DNA of 64,000 bases from a virus. The notes below the pieces were generated by a model. That model was not told the DNA's origin, did not search any database, and was given only the letters and a program-made list of their open reading frames with translations. The DNA lies in the IMG/VR virus record IMGVR_UViG_3300021185_003853, positions 32,001-96,000 of that record, one strand, 5' to 3'. The position numbers were made by a program, and so were the translations under genes. Positions 1-7,530 of this stretch are shown piece after piece. The stretch's first letter is position 1; every line of letters starts with the position of its first letter.

Positions 1-150
1 GCAGGTTCAACTCATACTGCTACGATAGAACTTGACGGCACATATGGCACTGACCTGACACTCAAACAATTCAATTCAACAGCAACTTACTCACTCACGC
101 AAAATTGTGTCACTGTTGGTGGTTGCTCTATCTCGGTGACTCAACAATGA
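1..150 (+). CDS. 3' end of a curlin-like (Gln/Thr-rich beta-repeat) protein, partial
   Basis: Frame 1 is open from base 1: AGSTHTATIELDGTYGTDLTLKQFNSTATYSLTQNCVTVGGCSISVTQQ*. It has curlin-type strands ending in Q. Its stop overlaps the cyclase start (ATGA 147-150). Confidence 0.55.
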   Translation, partial: AGSTHTATIELDGTYGTDLTLKQFNSTATYSLTQNCVTVGGCSISVTQQ

Positions 151-2174
151 CAAAGTGGTGGTCAGTTCTTCCAATTATTTTCATATTTTGTGCATTAAAA
201 GTCACAGAATCCTACTTTGTAAAATCGATAGAATATACATACTACGACCAGTTGCAACGTGGCCATCAAACTACTAAAGTGAATGACATTGTACTGGTAA
301 ACATAGATGAAAATGCAATTAAAAAGGAAGGACAATACCCTTGGCCAAGACAGACAGTCGCCAAATACATAAACAATGCACCGATCAACTCACTGCTAGT
401 CTCCACTATGATCTGGTCAGAGCCAGATCGCTTTGCAGGGGACAAGGAACTATCAAGATCCCTAAGTCAAAAAGCATTGGTATTAGCAAGCGCCCCTACT
501 CGCCAAACTACTACAACTGAGTTAGGGATATATGCCAATGTTTCGACATTCGGCAAACCGACAAGTACGCTGATTAACTACAGTGGGTTATTGACACCCA
601 TACAAGATCTCGCACAATATGCAATGGGAGTCGGCGCTGTGTCTGCTGAAGTCGATCAACCTTCAGGCGTTCTACGTAGAGTCCCATTAATCGTTAGCAT
701 TAATGGACAACCTTATCCTTCATTAGGACTTGATACTGTTCGTGTATTTTTAGGTGAACCATCATATACTATTAAGAACAATGAACTCGGAGTGGAGTGG
801 ATTCGTTTAGGTAAACAAGATCCTATTACAACCCAACCGACATCTGAACTGCCTGTTGCATTCTGGCATGACTTCGAACAGATATCTATTCTTGATCCAA
901 TGCCTGAGGGTAAGGTATTGATCTTCGGGGTGACTGCAGAAGGATATTCGAATCCTGTTCCGACACCAACAGGTCCTATGTATCCTCATGAGATTCAAGC
1001 ACAACAAATCTACACGCTGATGTCTGGTGTCGAGATACTACGACCCGACTATACAAGATTCCTCGAACTATTGATGATCCTTATTGCTTGTACGGGCATA
1101 CTAATCGCAGTTTATCGCTTGGGTACGATTGGTGCGTGTATCACAAGCATTGCATTGTTGGGTGCATCACCAGCGATAGGATATTATGCATGGACAAATA
1201 GTTACTTCTTCCTTGATATTATCTGGCCAACAGTTGCCGGGGTGGTCGTATTCGCACAAAGTTCATTCAACAAATACTACACGACTTACAAACTCAAAGA
1301 ACAAATCAAGAAACAATTTGGGACATACTTATCTCCTGCTATGGTGCAAAAATTACAAGATGATCCGTCATTGTTAAGGTTGGGTGGTGAGACAAGAAAT
1401 ATGACATTCCTGTTCTGTGACATTCGTGGATTCACTCCAATATCAGAACAATACAAAACAAACCCACAAGGATTGACGGAACTCGTCAATCGATTCCTGA
1501 CACCGATGACAGACATTATTATGGACAACGAAGGAACCATTGATAAGTACATGGGTGACTGCATTATGGCGTTTTGGAATGCCCCCTTAGACGTGCAGTA
1601 TCAGGAGTATATGGCGGTTAAAACGAGTGTAGAGATGTATCAGCACCTTGACATACTCAACGCAGAACTCGAAAGCGAAGGGTTATTGCCCATTAATATC
1701 GGTGTTGGTATCAATACAGGTGAAGTTGTTGTGGGTAATATGGGGTCAAATCAACGCTTTGATTACTCTGTATTGGGTGATGCTGTAAACCTAGCGGCAC
1801 GATTAGAAGGACAAACAAAGTCATATGGTGTCAAAACACTTATAGGTGAGGACACTAAAACACAGCTCAACGAACAATACTTTACTCTTGAGTTAGATAA
1901 TCTTGCTGTTAAGGGTAAGACAGAACCTGTTAAGATATACACTGTATTGACTGAAGCAATAGATGTTGAGATAGAAATGCATGAAGAGATGATGAGAGCA
2001 TATTACGCAAAACAATTCGATCAAGCGATAGCATTCTGTGAGGATCTAAAGAGATGCTTCAAAGGTGAAATTGCTGATTATTACAGAATGTGGCAAGACA
2101 GATGTAGGTCGCTAGAAAACACTCTAGACAAGGGTGAAGCGTGGGACGGCGTGTATCGAGCAACATCTAAATAA
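147..2174 (+). CDS. CHASE2-domain transmembrane class III adenylate cyclase
   Basis: CHASE2 motifs (DIVLVNIDE, GQYPWPR, GVLRRVPL), three TM helices, and a cyclase core (FCDIRGFT, IDKYMGDCIMAFW, GINTG, FDYSVLGDAVNLAARLE). The Lys/Asp pair indicates ATP specificity. Start moved to ATG 147 because of the ATGA overlap. Confidence 0.93.
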   Translation: MTKWWSVLPIIFIFCALKVTESYFVKSIEYTYYDQLQRGHQTTKVNDIVLVNIDENAIKKEGQYPWPRQTVAKYINNAPINSLLVSTMIWSEPDRFAGDKELSRSLSQKALVLASAPTRQTTTTELGIYANVSTFGKPTSTLINYSGLLTPIQDLAQYAMGVGAVSAEVDQPSGVLRRVPLIVSINGQPYPSLGLDTVRVFLGEPSYTIKNNELGVEWIRLGKQDPITTQPTSELPVAFWHDFEQISILDPMPEGKVLIFGVTAEGYSNPVPTPTGPMYPHEIQAQQIYTLMSGVEILRPDYTRFLELLMILIACTGILIAVYRLGTIGACITSIALLGASPAIGYYAWTNSYFFLDIIWPTVAGVVVFAQSSFNKYYTTYKLKEQIKKQFGTYLSPAMVQKLQDDPSLLRLGGETRNMTFLFCDIRGFTPISEQYKTNPQGLTELVNRFLTPMTDIIMDNEGTIDKYMGDCIMAFWNAPLDVQYQEYMAVKTSVEMYQHLDILNAELESEGLLPINIGVGINTGEVVVGNMGSNQRFDYSVLGDAVNLAARLEGQTKSYGVKTLIGEDTKTQLNEQYFTLELDNLAVKGKTEPVKIYTVLTEAIDVEIEMHEEMMRAYYAKQFDQAIAFCEDLKRCFKGEIADYYRMWQDRCRSLENTLDKGEAWDGVYRATSK

Positions 2175-2177
2175 CAC

Positions 2178-2234
2178 GACAAATATGACATATTGTACTT
2201 GAATTAAGGCATTACATGACAAATATGACGTATT
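2178..2234 (+). repeat. Direct repeat GACAAATATGAC(A/G)TATT, two copies 40 bp apart
   Basis: Copies at 2178-2194 and 2218-2234 match at 16/17 positions and lie just upstream of a consensus promoter. Confidence 0.7.
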
Positions 2235-2253
2235 AAATAAATGAAAAAACCGG

Positions 2254-2282
2254 TTGACATATACCTCAATTTGATGTATAAT
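2254..2282 (+). promoter_or_regulatory. Sigma70-type promoter for sleB-hemO-pcyX
   Basis: TTGACA (2254-2259), 17 bp spacer, TATAAT (2277-2282): perfect consensus in an intergenic region. Confidence 0.85.
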
Positions 2283-2311
2283 TCATTATAGAATGAAAAA
2301 AGGTATCTACT

Positions 2312-2902
2312 ATGAAATCTAAGTTGAAAGCTGCGCAGTTGATTATCGGTATTCTAGCGTTATTATTTATCTCTATTATTGTATTGATGTATCCTGTTAA
2401 ACACAATCAAGAGTTTTATGCTATTGAACAGGTTACAGTGCCTGAACAAAGCAAGCATCTTACACTTGATAATATTGAATGTATGGCACTAAACATCTAC
2501 CATGAATCACGAAATCAAACTCTAGGCGGACGACTTGCCGTAGGTTATGTTACTTTAAATCGTGTTAAGAGTAATAAGTATCCTGACACTATTTGCGGTG
2601 TCGTGAAACAAGCAAAAATAAACAAATGGTTCCTCGAAAGACACAACAAAAAAGTTCCCTCTAGAAACAAGTGTCAATTTTCTTGGTATTGCGATGGTAA
2701 GTCAGATCAACCATTAGAATCAAACGCATGGGAGGAAGCATATCTACTTGCTATCCATGTTATAAATATGTACGATACTATATCAGATCCCACAAAAGGT
2801 TCGATCATGTATCACAGCAATAAAGTGAAACCTTACTGGACAGATGCTTATAAACATCTTGTCACAATTGATGACCACATTTTTTATGGGAGTGTGAAAT
2901 GA
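2312..2902 (+). CDS. SleB-like cell wall hydrolase (Hydrolase_2) with N-terminal membrane anchor
   Basis: CMALNIYHESR (catalytic Glu), VTLNRV, YPDTICGVVKQ, CQFSWYCDG, DPTKGSIMYH, IDDHIFY. Confidence 0.9.
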   Translation: MKSKLKAAQLIIGILALLFISIIVLMYPVKHNQEFYAIEQVTVPEQSKHLTLDNIECMALNIYHESRNQTLGGRLAVGYVTLNRVKSNKYPDTICGVVKQAKINKWFLERHNKKVPSRNKCQFSWYCDGKSDQPLESNAWEEAYLLAIHVINMYDTISDPTKGSIMYHSNKVKPYWTDAYKHLVTIDDHIFYGSVK

Positions 2903-3450
2903 GTTTAAAAGAGTTAACTTGGGAAAATCACAAGTCGGCAGAACGCAAAAAGTTTGCTAGTATTCTAATGAGTGGTGATATAGATCCCTTGTTATATTAC
3001 AGATTTTTATGTAATCAATACTACATGTATATCATGTTAGAAGAAAATTTAAGAATGGCAGGATTCCCACCTAAGTTATGGGACATATTCAGAGCGCCAA
3101 AAATCCTTGAGGATATGGTCGAACTACAAGACGAATATGGATTCATATTTAAACCAAAAGCAGTATATCCACTCACACACAAATACTCGGCACACGTTGA
3201 GACATTGTTCCGTGAAAGACGATACGATGATTTGATTGCTCATATGTATGTTCGTCACTTTGGTGATATGTACGGCGGTGCGATGATTGCTAAGAAGGTT
3301 CCGGGTTCAGGTAAGATGTATGAGTTCGAGAACAAAGAAGAATTAAAAGTGCATCTACGTGAAATGCTTAACGATGATATGGGACCTGAAGCAAATGTAT
3401 GTTTCGAGTACGCAATTGCATTGTTTGAGGAGTTAGGCAAGGAATCATGA
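2899..3450 (+). CDS. hemO: Heme oxygenase (biliverdin-producing), phage HemO
   Basis: SLKELTWENHKSAE (proximal His) and AHMYVRHFGDMYGGAMI (distal helix). Coupled to a bilin reductase gene. Confidence 0.92.
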   Translation: MSLKELTWENHKSAERKKFASILMSGDIDPLLYYRFLCNQYYMYIMLEENLRMAGFPPKLWDIFRAPKILEDMVELQDEYGFIFKPKAVYPLTHKYSAHVETLFRERRYDDLIAHMYVRHFGDMYGGAMIAKKVPGSGKMYEFENKEELKVHLREMLNDDMGPEANVCFEYAIALFEELGKES

Positions 3451-4133
3451 GTTATGTTTGGGATTCGTTAGTCGATCTGCAGAATCATTTTATTGAGACA
3501 TTTGACTCAGTAGCAAAAGAATACAAAGAGTCAGGCATGGAACGATACAACCATGAAGGTTGGATTAATCGTGTATGGAGCAATGATGACTTTAGACGAG
3601 CGCATGTTGATGTTGTCGATGCCCGTGAGGAGAAAGGATTGTGGATGATGCATGTATGCGTATTCCCGCATCTAAGTTCAAACGCTCCTATCTATGGGTT
3701 TGATGTGATTGCTGGACATAAGTTGATGACTGGTGCATTTCATGACTATAGTCCTACAACACAAAAAGATCACCCAATGATTGATTATTTCAATGAACAG
3801 GTTGAACCCTTACAATGGAAACGTGAACGTGATTTGCCGCCTTGGGCGAAAGCAATCTTTAGTGACAAGATGATGGCGGCAAGTGCTGTTAAAGAGCATT
3901 CAGAGATCGATCAAGTTGTATCGACAGCAAAGAATACACTTGATTACTTTGTAAATAATGTGGGACAGTATAATCAAACTTCGAGGCGTAACCCGGTTGT
4001 GTTTGCTCAAAACAACTATGCGCATCACCAAAAACAAAATCCTCACACTCCCCGAGTGATGAAGACCCTAGGATTAAATTCAGACGATGTTGATTCGTTT
4101 ATTAAGAAGTGTTTGTTTCCAGAAGTGAAGTGA
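3447..4133 (+). CDS. pcyX: Ferredoxin-dependent bilin reductase, PcyX type (biliverdin to phycoerythrobilin)
   Basis: FRRAHVD, GLWMMHVCVFP, PIYGFDVI, AFHDYSP, LPPWAKAIFS, QKQNPHT. D55, H69, D86, N198 and H200 sit at the positions I recall for the characterised phage PcyX. Confidence 0.88.
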   Translation: MSYVWDSLVDLQNHFIETFDSVAKEYKESGMERYNHEGWINRVWSNDDFRRAHVDVVDAREEKGLWMMHVCVFPHLSSNAPIYGFDVIAGHKLMTGAFHDYSPTTQKDHPMIDYFNEQVEPLQWKRERDLPPWAKAIFSDKMMAASAVKEHSEIDQVVSTAKNTLDYFVNNVGQYNQTSRRNPVVFAQNNYAHHQKQNPHTPRVMKTLGLNSDDVDSFIKKCLFPEVK

Positions 4134-4188
4134 TCATTTATGATTGATTATACCGCATTTAAGGTGAAAATAAATCATAAATGATTGG

Positions 4189-4218
4189 TTGACATTGCAG
4201 TATTAGTTATGTTATAAT
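4189..4218 (+). promoter_or_regulatory. Sigma70-type promoter with extended -10
   Basis: TTGACA (4189-4194), 18 bp spacer, TG-n-TATAAT (4213-4218). A GAGG RBS precedes 4243. Confidence 0.8.
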
Positions 4219-4242
4219 GTATGTACAAAGCGAGGTATTATT

Positions 4243-4542
4243 ATGAAGTTAATGTTTTTGAAATTTTACGATGTGTATAACTGGATATTTGATCATAGCA
4301 AAAACCCATTAAGACATATCCCCGACCCATTATCACGCATGTGGATAATGACTGTCCTAGCATGGATGTGGTCAGTCGCATTCGGCATCTATATCGGAAG
4401 CGTGATCTACATGGGAGTCAGTTTAGCAGTACACTTTATATTGTTGTTTATGATTACATTTACTGCTGCAATATTCTTTGAGGCAGAACGTAAGCAATCA
4501 ACATGGTTGTTAAAGTTGAGAAAAGAGCAACAGTATAAATAA
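4243..4542 (+). CDS. Small membrane protein with two TM helices (NPLRHIPD motif)
   Basis: Own promoter and RBS; two hydrophobic segments. Confidence 0.75.
   Translation: MKLMFLKFYDVYNWIFDHSKNPLRHIPDPLSRMWIMTVLAWMWSVAFGIYIGSVIYMGVSLAVHFILLFMITFTAAIFFEAERKQSTWLLKLRKEQQYK
4534..4541 (+). promoter_or_regulatory. T4-type late (gp55) promoter
   Basis: Exact TATAAATA in front of a 190-nt non-coding stretch and dsbA. Confidence 0.65.
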
Positions 4543-4549
4543 AACATTC

Positions 4550-4705
4550 TATGAAACACACTAGTGTCCAGTTAAGTTTGGAACACATCTGATAAAGTGG
4601 CTAGTGGGTTTTTGATGGGGTGTGGTTACCTAGCAACAGAACAAACCATTTAATCAAAAGAGGATGTGGCTTAGTTCACCACGGCACGGATGCCAAACGA
4701 ACTAC
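4550..4705 (+). ncRNA. Candidate structured RNA (late sRNA or dsbA leader)
   Basis: Stems at 4554-4564/4601-4611 (10/11), 4610-4616/4653-4659, 4623-4627/4644-4648 and 4672-4677/4699-4704 (enclosing GGCA-CGGA-TGCC). No credible ORF. Confidence 0.45.
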
Positions 4706-4734
4706 TTTATTATTTTTTAACTTGGAACTTTATT

Positions 4735-4998
4735 ATGACAAATTCAATTATCATTCCATCATCTGATGCTGACAAGCAACGCATCAAGGGTGCGATGGAA
4801 GAAATCAGTAATGCATATACCCGTGTCGAAGCGGAACGTGACTTTATTAAAGAGGCAATCGTTGCTTTATCAGAAGATGTAGATATCCCGAAAAAATACT
4901 TATCTAAAATGGCGACAATGTATCACAAGAACAATGTGAGCGAAGTTGTTGCTGAAATCGAAGACATTGAGGCGCTGATCGAAACAATCAGCAGATAA
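4735..4998 (+). CDS. dsbA: T4 DsbA-like double-stranded DNA-binding protein
   Basis: Helical ~87 aa protein with MATMYHKNN, like T4 LALYHKDN. It sits in the T4 order dsbA-33-59-32. Start moved to ATG 4735. Confidence 0.8.
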   Translation: MTNSIIIPSSDADKQRIKGAMEEISNAYTRVEAERDFIKEAIVALSEDVDIPKKYLSKMATMYHKNNVSEVVAEIEDIEALIETISR

Positions 4999-5002
4999 TC
5001 AT

Positions 5003-5203
5003 ATGAGTGATGAAAAAGAACTTATTGACTTTTCAATCGATCTTGATGAACAAGGCAGATCAGGAATGAGTTGGAAGAACTTAAAACTGTATGGGAATGA
5101 AAGATATGATTACGGTGTGAAGCCACTTGAAGAGATCAATCTCGGTGATGATTCATACACTCCCAACGATCAAGTAAAGATTAAATTTGATGTAATGCCG
5201 TGA
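5003..5203 (+). CDS. Hypothetical acidic protein
   Basis: Tightly packed ORF in operon orientation. Confidence 0.6.
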   Translation: MSDEKELIDFSIDLDEQGRSGMSWKNLKLYGNERYDYGVKPLEEINLGDDSYTPNDQVKIKFDVMP

Positions 5204-5385
5204 AAAAGTGGTGGCGTATATGGGCAAAGTCTCTCGGGGAAAAAGTAGGAGAGACTGATAAGCAAGCAGATACTGTAGCAATGATCAGAACATTCTGGTG
5301 GTTGGTTCATATATCAACATGCTTCTTTATCATCCTAAACGCAATTGCAACACACGGTTGGAAATTAATAGGAATAGGAAATTGA
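5200..5385 (+). CDS. Hypothetical small membrane protein (WRIWAKSLGEK)
   Basis: GTG start overlaps the previous stop; one TM helix. Confidence 0.7.
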   Translation: MKKWWRIWAKSLGEKVGETDKQADTVAMIRTFWWLVHISTCFFIILNAIATHGWKLIGIGN

Positions 5386-5387
5386 GA

Positions 5388-5594
5388 ATGAAATTAATCG
5401 CAACGCATTTTAAAGAGGAAGCATCAGGTCGAGCAACAGCAGAGATCTATGAAGCGTCTAATGGATTTAGCATCAGGTACATTGACCCAGCAGGTCAAGT
5501 GTTAGCAACAGAAACCCACCCAGGCAAATCATTGCAATGGGTTGAAGATGCCGCTGAGAATTGGGCACTAGGAATAAAACTACTCAATGAATAA
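5388..5594 (+). CDS. Hypothetical protein (WVEDAAENWALG)
   Basis: ATG 5388 lies two bases after the previous stop; the ORF overlaps the gp33 start. Confidence 0.7.
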   Translation: MKLIATHFKEEASGRATAEIYEASNGFSIRYIDPAGQVLATETHPGKSLQWVEDAAENWALGIKLLNE

Positions 5595-5829
5595 ATTAGA
5601 TTCACAACTCAACTCTGAAAAGATTATGAAAGAGATATCTGGCATGATAGCACAAGGCGTTCCATACATTGATGCTATTGTTGAATATTGCGAGATTCAT
5701 TCTCTCGAGATTGAAGTGGCAGGTGAGATCATACGCAGAAGTCCTATCCTCAAAGCGAAGATACATGAGGAGGCAGAACATCTTAATTTAGTACAATCAG
5801 TAGTGAGGTTGCCCGCTGATGTACTCTGA
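5587..5829 (+). CDS. 33: Late transcription co-activator gp33
   Basis: YIDAIVEYCE..LEIE...ILKAKIHEEAEHLNL; synteny before gene 59. Confidence 0.85.
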   Translation: MNKLDSQLNSEKIMKEISGMIAQGVPYIDAIVEYCEIHSLEIEVAGEIIRRSPILKAKIHEEAEHLNLVQSVVRLPADVL

Positions 5830-6421
5830 TCGTGAAGCGTTTAATCTTTTTCAGTATTACATTGCTGTTAAGCAGCACTTTACAACTGACTATGACTTCT
5901 TCAAATATAATGGGAAGATGCGACTCAAGGAGTCATCTTTTGAAACTCGTAAGGACAAATTCTTCTTCCACAAACTGTCGAAGAAAGACGAACCCAAAAA
6001 CAGAATCCTAGCGAACTTAGTTGTCAATCCTAAAGCATGGATAGGCGATATAGTAGACAAGGAATCGTGTAATGAGGTTTACACTGAATGGGCAAAGCGT
6101 CAACAACAATTGCGCTATACGTTCAAGCAAGACCTAGCAGAACTTGATGATGACTTTGATAAGGAGTTCAAAGTAGTGAGTGGGCAAAACCCACACGTTA
6201 TTAACCTACACTTGCAACACCGGGTTAATTTGGAGACACTAGTGATCCTGGATGATCTACTATTGTGTTTCCGTTATTGGGAGAACCACGTAACTGATCG
6301 TGTACTTTTTCCTAATATAAATAAAAGTGTCAATAAATATCGACCGTTTATGATGAAAGAAGGTTATGAATTTGAAAAATTCCGTTCGATTTTGGTTGAC
6401 AAGTACGATGATATATGTTAA
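5819..6421 (+). CDS. 59: Helicase loader gp59
   Basis: YIAVKQHFTTDYDFFKYNGK, RKDKFFFHKL, NLETLVILD; located between 33 and 32. Confidence 0.9.
   Translation: MYSDREAFNLFQYYIAVKQHFTTDYDFFKYNGKMRLKESSFETRKDKFFFHKLSKKDEPKNRILANLVVNPKAWIGDIVDKESCNEVYTEWAKRQQQLRYTFKQDLAELDDDFDKEFKVVSGQNPHVINLHLQHRVNLETLVILDDLLLCFRYWENHVTDRVLFPNINKSVNKYRPFMMKEGYEFEKFRSILVDKYDDIC
6316..6323 (+). promoter_or_regulatory. Late promoter for gene 32 (inside gene 59)
   Basis: Exact TATAAATA about 180 bp upstream of gene 32. Confidence 0.55.
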
Positions 6422-6424
6422 AAT
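6396..6424 (+). promoter_or_regulatory. Sigma70-type promoter for gene 32
   Basis: TTGACA (6396-6401), 17 bp spacer, TG-n-TAAAAT (6419-6424). Confidence 0.7.
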
Positions 6425-6499
6425 ATGTCAAGTACGAATAATTATATAAACCTAATATATCGCACATAACGCAATACAACGTCAATACAGGAGCAACCT

Positions 6500-7474
6500 A
6501 TGACTAGCAATTTTGCATCACTAAAGAAGTCCCGTTCAGGGTCTTTCGACAAACTCAATTCTCAACTTCAAAAGATGAACACCTCTGGGGGTAACAACTC
6601 AAAGGATGATGATATGTGGAAGTTGGAAGTTGACAAAGCGGGTAACGGTTACGCTGTTCTTCGCTTCCTTCCTGCGCCATCAGGAGAAGATATGCCTTTC
6701 GTTCGTATCTGGGATCACGGATTCCAGGGTCCAGGCGGTTGGTACATCGAAAACTCTTTGACCACTCTAGGTCAAGATGATCCTGTTTCTGAATACAACA
6801 GCAAGTTATGGAATTCTGGTGTGGATTCCGACAAGGATGTAGCACGTAAACAGAAACGCCGTCTTAACTACATGGCGAATGTATATGTAGTAAAAGACCC
6901 TACCAATCCACAGAACGAAGGCAAAGTGTTTAAGTTCAAGTTTGGTAAGAAAATCTTTGATAAACTAAATGATGTTATGAATCCTCAGTTCCCTGATGAA
7001 GCACCTATCAACCCATTTGATTTTTGGGAAGGCGCTAACTTCAATCTGAAAGCACGTAATGTTGAAGGTTATCGAAACTATGATAAGTCAGATTTCTCTG
7101 CTCCTGCTGTTCTAACGAACTCGCAAGGTGTTGATTTATCTGATGAAGAAATGGAGGGTGTATGGGAACAACAACACTCTTTAGCAGAACTGATCGATCC
7201 TAAAAACTTCAAGTCATATGCTGAACTTCAAGCGAAGTTATATAAAGTATTGGCACTTGATGGCAGTGCTCACGCACCCAAAAATACTGCCGAGGACGAC
7301 AGTGGGGAGATGGATTTCACTCCGAAATTCAAAGCGCAAGAGGCAGCACCTGTCTCAACAGCGACTGCACCAGCGCAAGCGGCAGCAGAATCTCCTCTAG
7401 AATCTCGCTTTGCGGATAGCAGCAATGATGATGAAACGCTTGATTTCTTTAAGAATCTAGCGAATGATGATTAA
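6500..7474 (+). CDS. 32: Single-stranded DNA-binding protein gp32
   Basis: DKAGNGYAVLRFLPAP, HGFQGPGGWYIENSLTT, FGKKIFDK, NPFDFWEGANF, RNYDKS, acidic tail. Confidence 0.97.
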   Translation: MTSNFASLKKSRSGSFDKLNSQLQKMNTSGGNNSKDDDMWKLEVDKAGNGYAVLRFLPAPSGEDMPFVRIWDHGFQGPGGWYIENSLTTLGQDDPVSEYNSKLWNSGVDSDKDVARKQKRRLNYMANVYVVKDPTNPQNEGKVFKFKFGKKIFDKLNDVMNPQFPDEAPINPFDFWEGANFNLKARNVEGYRNYDKSDFSAPAVLTNSQGVDLSDEEMEGVWEQQHSLAELIDPKNFKSYAELQAKLYKVLALDGSAHAPKNTAEDDSGEMDFTPKFKAQEAAPVSTATAPAQAAAESPLESRFADSSNDDETLDFFKNLANDD

Positions 7475-7494
7475 TATGTTATCTTGAGATTCGG

Positions 7495-7530
7495 AAAGGG
7501 CGGGGTCAAGGATGGCCTCGCCTTTTTTTT
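7495..7530 (+). terminator. Rho-independent terminator between convergent genes, possibly bidirectional
   Basis: GGCGGGGTCA-AGGA-TGGCCTCGCC followed by T8, with AAA on the other side. Confidence 0.85.

Noticed and set aside
105-146. ORF-track start of the cyclase at 105 (likewise 4690, 5298 and 56672)
   Set aside because: Downstream ATGs fit stop/start overlaps or RBS positions better.
2178-2234. Pho box
   Set aside because: The half-site periodicity is 9 bp, not the 11 bp of PhoB boxes.
3447-4133. Calling the reductase PebS or PcyA and the phage a cyanophage
   Set aside because: The motifs fit PcyX better, and the window has no photosynthesis genes.
4132-4186. Fur box
   Set aside because: Half-site orientation and spacing do not fit the 7-1-7 Fur consensus; kept only as an unassigned palindrome.
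4553-4597. Hammerhead-like elements (GAAAC-stem-GUC and CUGAUAA)
   Set aside because: The core should be CUGANGA (G8 is missing) and stem I cannot form.
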